Part shown: one piece after another, positions 45,116 through 56,777 of the stretch | How the letters are laid out: each line of letters begins with the position of its first letter | Position numbering within the stretch: position 1 is the first letter of the stretch | NCBI GenBank assembly: GCA_049664185.1 | Contig: JBATEU010000236.1 | Coordinates: 1-58,183 of the forward strand | DNA from: Candidatus Deferrimicrobium sp. | GTDB lineage: Bacteria > Desulfobacterota > Deferrimicrobia > Deferrimicrobiales > Deferrimicrobiaceae | Direction of reading: 5' to 3' | Length of the DNA stretch: 58,183 nt | Notes under the pieces: generated by a model | Seen by the model: only the letters and a program-made list of their open reading frames with translations | What the model was told of the DNA's origin: nothing | Database searches by the model: none | Translations under genes and position numbers: made by a program

Positions 45116-46417
45116 ATGTACTGGGAACCTGACAAGGAGTGCCTGGACCGGGAGGAGCTCGAGCAGCTCCAGCTCGAGCGGCTGCAGTCGACGCTCAACC
45201 GCGTTTACGCGCACGTCCCGTTCTACCGGAAGAAGTTCGACGCGCTCGGGATCTCCCCGGAGGAGATCGGTTCGCTCTCCGACCTCTCCCGGCTGCCGTT
45301 CACGACGAAGGAGGACGTGAGGGGGAATTACCCCTACGGGCTGTTCGCGGTCCCGCTGCGGGAGGTCGTCCGCATCCACGCCTCGTCCGGCACGACGGAG
45401 ACGTCGTCGGTCGTGGGCTACACGCGCAACGACATCTCGATGTGGAGCAAACTGGTGGCCCGCGTCCTCGTCGCCGGCGGGGTGACCAAGGACGACGTCG
45501 TCCAGGTCTCGTTCCGGTACGGACTGTTCACGGGGGGATTCGGGCTGCACTACGGGGCGGAGCGGCTCGGCGCCTCGGTGATCCCGGCGTCCAGCGGAAA
45601 CACCGCCCGCCAGATCCAGATCATGAAGGACTTCAAGACGACGGCGCTGGTGTCCACCCCCTCCTACGCGATGCTGGTCGCCGACACGATCCGCGAGATG
45701 GGGATCCCCGTTTCGGCGCTCTCCCTCAAGTACGGCCTCTTCGGAGGGGAGCCGTGGTCGGAGAAGATGCGACAGGAGATCCAGGACGCCCTCGGGATCG
45801 TCGCCACGGACAATTACGGTCTCTCCGAGGTCATCGGGCCCGGGGTCTCCGGCGAGTGCCTCGAGCGCAACGGCCTGCACATCAACGAGGACCATTTCCT
45901 CGTCGAGGTCATCGACCCGAAAACCCTCCAACCCGCGCCGCCCGGCCGGACGGGAGAGCTCGTCGTCACGACGCTGACCAAGGAGGCGTTCCCGATGGTG
46001 CGGTACCGGACCCGGGATCTCACCAGCCTTCTTCCGGGGGATTGCCCGTGCGGCCGGACGGGGCGCAGGATGAGCCGGCTGGCGGGCAGGACGGACGAGA
46101 TGCTGATCATCCGCGGGATGAAGGTGTCCCCCGCCAAGATCGAGTCCCTGCTCTTCGAGATCGAGGGGAGCGAGCCGAACTACCGGATCGTGATCGACCG
46201 GAAGGGTGCGATGGACGAGGTCACGGTCCTCGTCGAGGCCGCCGGGGAGGCGCCGTACGGGCAGGAACGCCGGCACGTCGGGACGACGGTGGAGACGATC
46301 CGGAAGCGGCTGACCCACGAGCTGGGGGTGACGGTGGACGTGAAGCTCGTGGAGAAGAGGAGCCTCGAGCCGGTCGACGGGAAGGCGTTGCGCGTCGTCG
46401 ATCTCAGGAAGCTGTGA
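45116..46417 (+). CDS. paaK: Phenylacetate-CoA ligase family (PaaK-like aryl-CoA ligase) with a divergent P-loop
   Basis: 433 aa, PaaK-like throughout (LSRLPFTTKEDVR, YGLSEV, RYRTRDL, GRTDEMLIIRG). The phosphate-binding loop reads SSGTTETSSVV instead of the usual SSGTTGKPTVV. Confidence 0.85.
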   Translation: MYWEPDKECLDREELEQLQLERLQSTLNRVYAHVPFYRKKFDALGISPEEIGSLSDLSRLPFTTKEDVRGNYPYGLFAVPLREVVRIHASSGTTETSSVVGYTRNDISMWSKLVARVLVAGGVTKDDVVQVSFRYGLFTGGFGLHYGAERLGASVIPASSGNTARQIQIMKDFKTTALVSTPSYAMLVADTIREMGIPVSALSLKYGLFGGEPWSEKMRQEIQDALGIVATDNYGLSEVIGPGVSGECLERNGLHINEDHFLVEVIDPKTLQPAPPGRTGELVVTTLTKEAFPMVRYRTRDLTSLLPGDCPCGRTGRRMSRLAGRTDEMLIIRGMKVSPAKIESLLFEIEGSEPNYRIVIDRKGAMDEVTVLVEAAGEAPYGQERRHVGTTVETIRKRLTHELGVTVDVKLVEKRSLEPVDGKALRVVDLRKL

Positions 46418-46469
46418 TCGCCGCCGAGGCGGACGATCACGGCTTCCAAATGCAACAAGGACGGACCGC

Positions 46470-47315
46470 ATGGGCCAGGAGGTCAGAATGGGCCTTGGAA
46501 CCTTGTACGTCGTGGCGACGCCGCTGGGGAACCTGGAGGACATCACCTTCCGCGCCGTGCGCGTCCTCAAGGAGGCGCCGGTGATCGCCTGCGAGGACAC
46601 GCGGCGCACGGTAAAGCTTCTGAACCGATACGAGATCCGCACACCGATGGTCGTCTTCCACGAATACAACAAGGCGCGCGCGGGGGCGGGGATCCTGCGG
46701 CGCCTCCGTGAAGGGGAGAGCGTGGCGCTCGTCTCGGACGCCGGGACTCCCGCGATCTCGGACCCGGGGTACGACCTGGTTCGGGACGCCGTCGCGGAGG
46801 GGATTCCCGTGGAGGTGGTCCCCGGCCCGTCGGCCCTGGTGGCCGCCCTCGTGGTCTCCGGCCTGCCCACCGACCACTTCGCCTTCGAGGGCTTCCTCCC
46901 GAACCGTCCGGTGCGGCGCCGCAAGGCCCTCGCGGCCCTTTCCCGCGAGACGAGGACGATGATCTTCTACGAGTCCCCGCACCGCCTCGCCTCGTTCCTC
47001 GCGGACGCCTCGGCCGAGCTTGGGGAGCGGCGGGCGTGCGTCGTGCGGGAGTTGACGAAGGTGCACGAGGAGATCGTCCGGGGGACGCTGCCGGAACTGT
47101 CGGCGGAGTTCGCCGGGCGGTCGAGCGTCCTCGGCGAAGTCACCGTGGTGGTGGCCGGAGCAAAGAAGACGGTGGAACTGTCGGTGGAGGAGATCGTCCG
47201 GGCCGCGATCGAGGACGGCTCGGGATCGTCCCGGGACCTCGCGAAGGAGATCGCCGATCGCACCGGCCTGTCGCGGAAGGAGGTCTACGAGGAGATCCTG
47301 CGGCAGAGGGCGTAA
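46470..47315 (+). CDS. rsmI: 16S rRNA (cytidine1402-2'-O)-methyltransferase
   Basis: GTLYVVATPLGNLEDIT.RA…ACEDTR…SDAGTPAISDPG…GPSA are tetrapyrrole-methylase-fold RsmI signatures. The start may be 46488. Confidence 0.85.
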   Translation: MGQEVRMGLGTLYVVATPLGNLEDITFRAVRVLKEAPVIACEDTRRTVKLLNRYEIRTPMVVFHEYNKARAGAGILRRLREGESVALVSDAGTPAISDPGYDLVRDAVAEGIPVEVVPGPSALVAALVVSGLPTDHFAFEGFLPNRPVRRRKALAALSRETRTMIFYESPHRLASFLADASAELGERRACVVRELTKVHEEIVRGTLPELSAEFAGRSSVLGEVTVVVAGAKKTVELSVEEIVRAAIEDGSGSSRDLAKEIADRTGLSRKEVYEEILRQRA

Positions 47316-47317
47316 TA

Positions 47318-47456
47318 GTGGGCAGGGGACACTCTATCCCGCAGTGGGAGGACACTCCTTCCCAGCAGTGGGGGACACACCTTCCCTGCATCCCGTGTTT
47401 ACACCAGGTATGTCCCCCTTGGCCAGGAATGTCCCCCCCTGGCAAGAGTGTCCCCT
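47318..47456. repeat. Composite palindromic intergenic repeat (GGGGACAC-type units; three direct plus three inverted)
   Basis: The left half has three ~25-nt units, GTGGG.GGACAC.C.TTCCC.GCA. The right half has inverted copies (GGTATGTCCCCC, GGAATGTCCCCCCC, AGAGTGTCCCC). The outer arms CAGGGGACACTCT / AGAGTGTCCCCTG are perfect complements. The first two units recur at 55029-55076. Confidence 0.6.
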
Positions 47457-47515
47457 GAAAGCGCCTGCTCCTAATAGTTGGATTTTCCTGCCGTACCTTC
47501 AGCCGGATGCGGCCT

Positions 47516-47806
47516 CTACAGCGTAACGAGCAGCGAGTCGCTGACGTGGGTGACCAACCCGTGGAACTTCTCCTTCGCCCTCCGGAAGCCCGGATCCGTG
47601 AGGATCTTCTCGAGGGTGGCCAGCGATTCGAGGTCCACCTGGACGACGCGCTGGGGAGAGGAGCCTCCCAGCATGCTCTTGTACTTCCGCACGGCCTTCA
47701 CGCCCCTGAACTTCGACCAGATGTTCTTTCCCTGCCCCTTCACGTATTTCTCGTACGCGTCGGTCTTGCCCGGGAGGACGTCGAACCGGTACTCGAAGGT
47801 GATCAT
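47516..47806 (-). CDS. Small hypothetical protein (about 96 aa, possibly a Dabb/ABM-like alpha+beta fold)
   Basis: MITFEYRFDVLPGKTDAYEKYVK… with AAGGGGG 7 nt upstream of the ATG. I recognise no confident family. Confidence 0.5.
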   Translation of the reverse strand: MITFEYRFDVLPGKTDAYEKYVKGQGKNIWSKFRGVKAVRKYKSMLGGSSPQRVVQVDLESLATLEKILTDPGFRRAKEKFHGLVTHVSDSLLVTL

Positions 47807-47868
47807 CGCGATGCCCCCTTTGGAAAGTTTCTTCCCGCTCCGTAACGTATCAAACGGGGCCGGCACCG

Positions 47869-48903
47869 TCAATCGACGCGCAGGACGATCTTGCCGAACT
47901 GGCGCTTCTGCTCGAGTCGCCGGAGCGCCTCCCCGGCCGAAGGCAACGGAAAGACCGCGTCGACCACCGGCTTCACCCTCCCGTCCCGGAAGAGCTTCAG
48001 CATCCCCGCGAACTCCGCATGCGTCCCCATGGTGGAGCCGTACACGGTCAGCTGGTTCCAGAAGATCCGCCCGAGGTCGGTCTGCGGATCCGGGCCGGTG
48101 GTGGCGCCGCAGGTGAGGAGCCGCCCCCCCCTGGCCGCGGACGCGATCGACTGCTTCCACGTGGCCTTTCCCACCGAATCGAGAACGACATCGACGCCGC
48201 GCTTCCCCGTGAGCCTGCGAATCTCCCTGGAGAAGTCCGTCCTGCCGTGGTCGATCCCGGCATTCGCGCCGAGCTCCTTCGCGCGGTCGAGTTTCTCCGG
48301 GCTCCCCGAGGTGACGAAAACGGCAAGGCCGAGAAGCTTCGCGATCTGCAGCGCGGCCACCGCGACGCCGCCGCCGATGCCGACGATCAGGAGCGACTCG
48401 CCGGGTTTCACCCGCGCTTTCGTGACGAGCATCCGCCACGCGGTGAGGAACGTGAGCGGGAACGCCGCCGACTCCTCCCAGGAGAGGCCCTCCGGCTTCG
48501 GGTAGGCGTTCATCGCGGGGGCGACGACGAGGTCCGCGAACGTTCCGGCGACGTGCTCCCCGAGGAGGTGGAAGGCGACGCAAAGGGAGTGCTCCCCCGC
48601 AAGGCAGAACTCGCACTCCCCGCAGTTGATCCCGGGGTTCAGCACGACTTCGTCGCCGGGCTTCACCCGGGTGACGCCAGGGCCCACCGACTCGATCACC
48701 CCGGCCCCGTCGGACCCCATCACGTGGGGGAGCGCCACCGGGATTCCGGGAATGCCGTTGCGGACGAAGATGTCGAGGTGGTTGAGGGCGGCTGCCTTTA
48801 TCCTCACGCGGACCCGCCCCGGCCCGGCGGCCGGGGAATCCGGAAGATCGCCGAACTCGACGCGGTCCGGCCCGCCGTGTTCGCGGAAAAACGCGGCTTT
48901 CAT
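47869..48903 (-). CDS. Zinc-type medium-chain alcohol dehydrogenase / quinone oxidoreductase family
   Basis: 344 aa from MKAAFFREHGGP. It has the GSDGAGVIESVG, CGECEFCLAGEHSLC (structural Zn) and IVGIGGGVAVAALQIAK (Rossmann) motifs. Confidence 0.85.
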   Translation of the reverse strand: MKAAFFREHGGPDRVEFGDLPDSPAAGPGRVRVRIKAAALNHLDIFVRNGIPGIPVALPHVMGSDGAGVIESVGPGVTRVKPGDEVVLNPGINCGECEFCLAGEHSLCVAFHLLGEHVAGTFADLVVAPAMNAYPKPEGLSWEESAAFPLTFLTAWRMLVTKARVKPGESLLIVGIGGGVAVAALQIAKLLGLAVFVTSGSPEKLDRAKELGANAGIDHGRTDFSREIRRLTGKRGVDVVLDSVGKATWKQSIASAARGGRLLTCGATTGPDPQTDLGRIFWNQLTVYGSTMGTHAEFAGMLKLFRDGRVKPVVDAVFPLPSAGEALRRLEQKRQFGKIVLRVD

Positions 48904-48931
48904 GGCACTCCTCCTTATCCGGAAGAACCGG

Positions 48932-50146
48932 TTATTGCGGGGGACGCCTGCGCAGGTTCCGGTACAGGATCTCGGGCGGGATGTCCGTGGAGTCGACCAT
49001 CGTTCCCTGCTTCTTCTTTCCCGAGATCGCGCGGACGAGATCCCGCAGCTCCCGGACGTTCCCCGGCCAGTCGTACGCTTCGAGAGTGGCGATCGCCGAG
49101 GAGGTGAACCCACGGAGCGGCTTCTTCCGCTCCCGGTTCGCCTCCTGCAGGAAATGGTGCAGCAGCAACGGCACGTCCTCGATGCGCTCCCTCAGCGCGG
49201 GAATGCGCACGATCCCCGGCTCCAGCGCCTTGAGCAGCGTCGGCGGAACGTTCTCCCGCCGCGCCAGTTCGTCCGCGGGAACCGCGCTGGAAGCGATGAC
49301 ACGGATGTCCAGCGGGACCGGTTCCGTTCCACCGTACGGCACCACCGTCTTGTCGGCGAGGAAACGGTCGATCCGCTCGAGGACCTCCCGTCCCGCCTCG
49401 GGGAAATCGGCGAGGTAGAGCGTGCCGTGGTTCGCGAGCTCCATCTTTCCCGAATGGGGGACGGATATCTGGTCTTCGATGGTGTACGGGCCCCCGAACA
49501 GCTCCGCGATGAGCGTCTCTTCCGGAACGCCCGCGCAGTGGACCGGGACGCACATCTCCGCGGACCGCCGGCTGTGGAAGTGCACGATGCGGGCGAAGAA
49601 GCCGCGCCCGGTGCCGTGTTCCCCGGCGAGCAGCACCGGTTCGTCCACGCCCGAGATCCCCTGGAGGGTGGCGATCAGCCGCAGGATGGGCTCGCTGTCG
49701 CCGACGACCGACTGGACGTGGTGGGCGGCGCGGATCTCCGATTTCAGGAACCGGTTCTCCCGCTGCAACTGCCGCTGGGAGTACGCCTTCTCGACGAGGT
49801 TCACCACCTCGTCGGGCTTCAGCGGTTTCATGATGTAGTGGAAGGCGCCGTTGCGCATCGCCTCGATGGCGGTGTCCGCGGTGGCGTACCCCGACATGAG
49901 GATCACCTCGACGTCGGGGTGGATCTCCTTGGAGGCACGCAGCAGGTCGATGCCGCTGTCCCCCGGCATGACGAGGTCGGTGAGGATCACGTCGAACCGG
50001 CCCCTGTCCAGCTGGTCGATCGCGTCCGTTCCGGACCGCGCCTCCGTGACGACCCATCCCTTCGACCGCAGGACCGAGGAGAGGAGGGAGACGATCATCG
50101 GCTCGTCGTCGACGACCAGGACCCGTTTCAGGGGATTCCGGTTCAT
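48932..50146 (-). CDS. Response regulator with a degenerate sigma54-interaction (AAA+) domain and no DNA-binding domain
   Basis: The receiver domain is intact (VLVVDDEP…DVILTDLVMPG…MKP). In the AAA+ domain Walker A is GEHGTGRG (Lys to Arg), Walker B is LYLADF instead of LFLDE, the GAFTGA loop is absent (ELFGGPYTIEDQ), and PALRERIEDV and PGNVREL are retained. The protein ends without a Fis-type HTH. Confidence 0.8.
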   Translation of the reverse strand: MNRNPLKRVLVVDDEPMIVSLLSSVLRSKGWVVTEARSGTDAIDQLDRGRFDVILTDLVMPGDSGIDLLRASKEIHPDVEVILMSGYATADTAIEAMRNGAFHYIMKPLKPDEVVNLVEKAYSQRQLQRENRFLKSEIRAAHHVQSVVGDSEPILRLIATLQGISGVDEPVLLAGEHGTGRGFFARIVHFHSRRSAEMCVPVHCAGVPEETLIAELFGGPYTIEDQISVPHSGKMELANHGTLYLADFPEAGREVLERIDRFLADKTVVPYGGTEPVPLDIRVIASSAVPADELARRENVPPTLLKALEPGIVRIPALRERIEDVPLLLHHFLQEANRERKKPLRGFTSSAIATLEAYDWPGNVRELRDLVRAISGKKKQGTMVDSTDIPPEILYRNLRRRPPQ

Positions 50147-50147
50147 G

Positions 50148-50423
50148 TCAGGGTTTCTTCCTGCGGACCGCCCAAAAGATGGCGGCCCCGCCCGCGACGA
50201 GGATGACGATCAGGGACGCCACCTCGAGGTCCCGGTAGCGCGATCGGCTCATCTTCTCCGCGGTCGCGCGGTTCTCGTACGTCCCCTCCTTGCCGTTGTC
50301 CGTCGCGGCGGAGGAGGGCAGGGGGAAGAGCAGGCAGAGGGCGAGAAGGAGGGCGGAGAGAGCCCTCCCCGCCCCCGAACCGGCGAGGATCCCACGCTGG
50401 CCGTGCGGGCGCGAACGTTTCAT
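50148..50423 (-). CDS. Small secreted/membrane-anchored hypothetical protein
   Basis: 91 aa from MKRSRPHG, with a signal-like segment ALSALLLALCLLFPLPSSAA and a C-terminal TM VASLIVILVAGGAAIFWAV followed by RRKKP. The stop is 1 nt before the regulator start. Confidence 0.45.
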   Translation of the reverse strand: MKRSRPHGQRGILAGSGAGRALSALLLALCLLFPLPSSAATDNGKEGTYENRATAEKMSRSRYRDLEVASLIVILVAGGAAIFWAVRRKKP

Positions 50424-50431
50424 CGGTTGGT

Positions 50432-51433
50432 TTATACCACGAATCGCAGGCGCGCGCCGCAGGCGGCGCACCGGTTTCCGGACAGGCCGCGGGCGTCGAC
50501 GCGGTACGCCTCCCGGCGGATGACCGTGGCATGGCACTCGGGGCAAACCGTGTCCTCCGCCCCCGGCAGATGCATGTTCCCGACGTAGACGTTCCGGAGA
50601 CGTTCCCGGGCGATTCGGTATGCCGCGGCGAGACGATCCGGCGGGGTCGGAGGCGCCGTGGCCCGGTGCGCCGGGAAATAGCGGGAGAGATGAAGAGGGA
50701 TCCCCGGGTCCGTCCTCGCGATGAATTCGACTACTTCGCGGATCTGCAGGTCGGCGTCGTTGTGACCCGTGTACAGGAGCGTGGTCAGCTCGACGTGGGT
50801 CGCCTTCGCGGCCGTCCGGATCGTCGCAAGGACCGGTTCAAGATCCCCTCCGCAGATCTTCCGGTAGAAGCCGGGGTCCATCGACTTGAGGTCGATGTTC
50901 ATCGCGTCCACGTAAGGGAGGAGGTCGGACAGCGGTTCCGGACAGACGTACCCGTTGGTGACCAGGACGTTCTTCATCCCCGCCGCCCGGAACGCCTTGG
51001 CGCATTCGAGGACGAACTCGAACTGGATGAACGGCTCGTTGTAGGTATAGGCGATCCCCACCGATTTCTCCCGGCGCGCCGTTCGCAGCAAATCCTCGAT
51101 TCGCACCGGTTCGATCGGGACCTGCCGCAGGACCATGTGATAGTTCTGGCAGAACTCGCACCGGAAGTTGCAGCCGACGGAGCCGATGGAGAGGATGGGA
51201 GCCCCGGGGTGGAAGTGGAACAGCGGTTTCTTCTCGACGGGGTCGACCGCGACGGCGGCGACCTTCCCGTACGTGGTGGCGATGAGCGCCCCCCCCCGGT
51301 TCTCGCGGATCCCGCAGATCCCGGCCTTTCCCTCCGCGATCCGGCACCGGTGAGGGCACAGCCCGCACCGCGCGGCGTCCCCTTCCGGGAGCCAGTACGC
51401 GGCAACCTTGTCAGTAGCGGATGTCGAAGCCAT
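50432..51433 (-). CDS. amrS: AmmeMemoRadiSam-system radical SAM enzyme (AmrS; PflA-like activase family)
   Basis: It has the radical SAM motif CNFRCEFCQN, an N-terminal CGLCPHRC…GICG cluster and a C-terminal CPEC…CAACG zinc-ribbon-like pair. Confidence 0.8.
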   Translation of the reverse strand: MASTSATDKVAAYWLPEGDAARCGLCPHRCRIAEGKAGICGIRENRGGALIATTYGKVAAVAVDPVEKKPLFHFHPGAPILSIGSVGCNFRCEFCQNYHMVLRQVPIEPVRIEDLLRTARREKSVGIAYTYNEPFIQFEFVLECAKAFRAAGMKNVLVTNGYVCPEPLSDLLPYVDAMNIDLKSMDPGFYRKICGGDLEPVLATIRTAAKATHVELTTLLYTGHNDADLQIREVVEFIARTDPGIPLHLSRYFPAHRATAPPTPPDRLAAAYRIARERLRNVYVGNMHLPGAEDTVCPECHATVIRREAYRVDARGLSGNRCAACGARLRFVV

Positions 51434-51692
51434 GAAACCTCTCCCCCGCCGGGCGCCAGGAGACGACGCATTCGACCACCGATGACCCCGGCGGCCCGGC
51501 TCGTATGAGATCGATCACGCTCTCCACCGCGATGCGCTCTCCCTGGAGGACCGCCTCCACGCGGCGGTCGGGGAGATTGCGCACCCACCCGTGGACGCCG
51601 GCGGCGGAGGCGGCGCGCTGCGTGTATCCGCGGAACCAGACCCCCTGCACGCGGCCCGCGACGACGACGTGCGCCTCGTCGAGCCCGGTCAT
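51411..51692 (-). CDS. acyP: Acylphosphatase
   Basis: 93 aa. VVAGRVQGVWFRGYTQ…GWVRNLPDRRVEAV is the canonical acylphosphatase signature. It overlaps the amrS start by 23 nt. Confidence 0.85.
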   Translation of the reverse strand: MTGLDEAHVVVAGRVQGVWFRGYTQRAASAAGVHGWVRNLPDRRVEAVLQGERIAVESVIDLIRAGPPGSSVVECVVSWRPAGERFHGFDIRY

Positions 51693-51695
51693 CGC

Positions 51696-54954
<3,259 letters not shown>

Positions 54955-55028
54955 CTCGAAACCTCCTTGGAATCTGAGAGCGTGGCCATCACGAAGGAAT
55001 ATTATCAAAACCGAAGGGGATTGTGGGT

Positions 55029-55076
55029 TGTGGGCGGGGGACACACTTACCCGCAGTGGGAGGACACTCCTTCCCT
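55029..55076. repeat. Partial copy (two direct units) of the GGGGACAC-type repeat, upstream of pgk
   Basis: GTGGGCGGGGGACACACTTACCCGCAGTGGGAGGACACTCCTTCCC is nearly identical to 47318-47363. The 25 nt CCCGCAGTGGGAGGACACTCCTTCCC are identical. Confidence 0.55.
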
Positions 55077-55080
55077 TGCG

Positions 55081-56178
55081 CTACCAGCGGAGCAGGCCCA
55101 TCACGATTTCGATCGCGATCAGGAGGATGATGATCAGTTCGAGCGTCTCCGCGCGCGCCGCCTGGGCCTGGTTGTTCAGCACCGTGTAGATATCCGTGAG
55201 GGCGGCGAGCTGGTCGCGCACCGTTCCCTCGTGCTTCTCCGCCCCCACCTTCCGGCGCGCCTCCTCGTATACGCGGGCGAGGTAGGCGTCCCCCACGAGT
55301 TTCAGGGCGTTGTAGATCCGTTCCCGGATGAGGGAGACGTCGGTCCGGATCCCGGAAAGCTTGCGCAACGGGACCGCGTACGGGTCGTGGAGGATGTGGA
55401 AGAGCCGCCGGCGGGGGCGCAGCTCCTCGGACACCCCCTCGATCGCCTCGTGGAGGAGGTGGTCGAAGAAGCGCAGCTCGAGCACCTGGACGTTCAGGAA
55501 CTCGAGCACCTCCGCCGTGTCCTGGAACTTCGGGTCGTAAACGAAGGCGGCGTTCCACTCCGCGAGGAACAGGTCGTTGTCGAAGTACCGCATCGGGACG
55601 CGGACGATTTCGGCGACCGCGGCTTCGCTCAGCTCCCCCCGTTCGAGGGTCAGCAGGCGCGCGATCTCCCGCGGAAGGCGGGCGAGCGCCTCCGTCCCGC
55701 TCAGACCCGGGGAGAATCCGCCCACGTGCCACACGCAATACTCCTCCACGAGATCCGCGAACATCGGGCGGATCACGGCGGGGCGGATCCGCTCGAACAG
55801 TCGCCGAGCCGTCTCCCGGGCGAACTTCTCCATCCCGCTTTCCGAGGCGAGGGAAAGCGCGATTTCCGTGTACTCGTCGAGAGGGAGATCCTCGACGGGC
55901 AGGGAGAGCGTCACGGAGAGGGCCCCGAAGTCGAAGATCTTGACCGTCGCGTCGAGCCGATGCGTTTTTCCGGAAACGGGGAACGAAACCGCCCCGGCGG
56001 GCACCGTGAGAGGCCTCGGACGGTACTGGAGATGGGCGGGTGCCGGGCGCAGACCCGCGATCCCCGGGGAATCGGACGCTTCGCACCGCGGGCGCGCCTC
56101 CTCCAGCGCGATCTCGAAGCCCACGTCGTAGGCGTAGAAGAAGAAGAGATGCCCGGACGCCGCATGGATGCCGCTCAC
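55081..56178 (-). CDS. RMD1/DUF155 family protein (C-terminal TM helix)
   Basis: GTG start preceded by GGAGG and overlapping the upstream stop (GTGA). FFFYAYDVGFEI… and the C-terminal LELIIILLIAIEIVMGLL resemble DUF155/RMND1 proteins; the family assignment is from memory. Confidence 0.65.
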   Translation of the reverse strand: MSGIHAASGHLFFFYAYDVGFEIALEEARPRCEASDSPGIAGLRPAPAHLQYRPRPLTVPAGAVSFPVSGKTHRLDATVKIFDFGALSVTLSLPVEDLPLDEYTEIALSLASESGMEKFARETARRLFERIRPAVIRPMFADLVEEYCVWHVGGFSPGLSGTEALARLPREIARLLTLERGELSEAAVAEIVRVPMRYFDNDLFLAEWNAAFVYDPKFQDTAEVLEFLNVQVLELRFFDHLLHEAIEGVSEELRPRRRLFHILHDPYAVPLRKLSGIRTDVSLIRERIYNALKLVGDAYLARVYEEARRKVGAEKHEGTVRDQLAALTDIYTVLNNQAQAARAETLELIIILLIAIEIVMGLLRW

Positions 56179-56777
56179 GGCGAACCTCCGATCAGGGAAG
56201 GGAAGAGGTTGTACAGGAAGTGGACGGCCGTCGGGACGTACACGTTCCCCGAACCCTTTCTTCCCCATCCGAGGAGGAGCGCGGGGAAGAAGGTCAGCAG
56301 GCGGAACGGGGACGGGGCGATCACGAAGTGGCCGACGGCGAAGAGCAGGGCGACGGGCAACACCGGTTCCCGCCCCGCCTCCTCGAAGGCGTCGTAAAGG
56401 TACCCCCGGAAAAAGACCTCCTCGGGCAGGGCGACCAGCAGCAGGTGGTGGGCGGCCAGCGCCGCCGTCAGGGGAACGGTCCCGTGGTACGGCGAGATCG
56501 CCGGGGGCAGGGGAAGCCGCACGAACAGAAAGTAGGCGATCGCCCCCGCGCCGGCGAGCAGCGCGAAGAACGCGACGCTCCTTCCGGGGTCCGCAGCGCG
56601 AGCCCACTCCGGGAAACCGCGACGCCGATACCGGGGGAGGGGGGCGTACAGGAACAGCGCCGCCGCGATAAGGGACGGGGAGAGGAAGGGCGTCAAGGGA
56701 ATGGAAAGGGAGAGCCGGATCGTCGCGGTCACGGCGACGAAGACCAGCATCGGCCTCCCCGGGAACGGTTTCCTCAT
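56175..56777 (-). CDS. CPBP family intramembrane glutamic endopeptidase (CAAX protease-like)
   Basis: It has the motifs EEVFFRGYL, FAVGH and HFLYN in a polytopic membrane protein. The ATG overlaps the upstream stop (ATGA). Confidence 0.8.
   Translation of the reverse strand: MRKPFPGRPMLVFVAVTATIRLSLSIPLTPFLSPSLIAAALFLYAPLPRYRRRGFPEWARAADPGRSVAFFALLAGAGAIAYFLFVRLPLPPAISPYHGTVPLTAALAAHHLLLVALPEEVFFRGYLYDAFEEAGREPVLPVALLFAVGHFVIAPSPFRLLTFFPALLLGWGRKGSGNVYVPTAVHFLYNLFPSLIGGSP

Noticed and set aside
47318-47456. CRISPR array
   Set aside because: The repeat units are contiguous with no unique spacers, there are only three of them, and they are followed by inverted copies. No cas genes are present in the window.
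50432-51692. A complete AmmeMemoRadiSam system
   Set aside because: Only the radical SAM component (AmrS-like) is present. Its neighbours are acylphosphatase and a small membrane protein, not AMMECR1 or Memo homologs, so no system-level claim is made.
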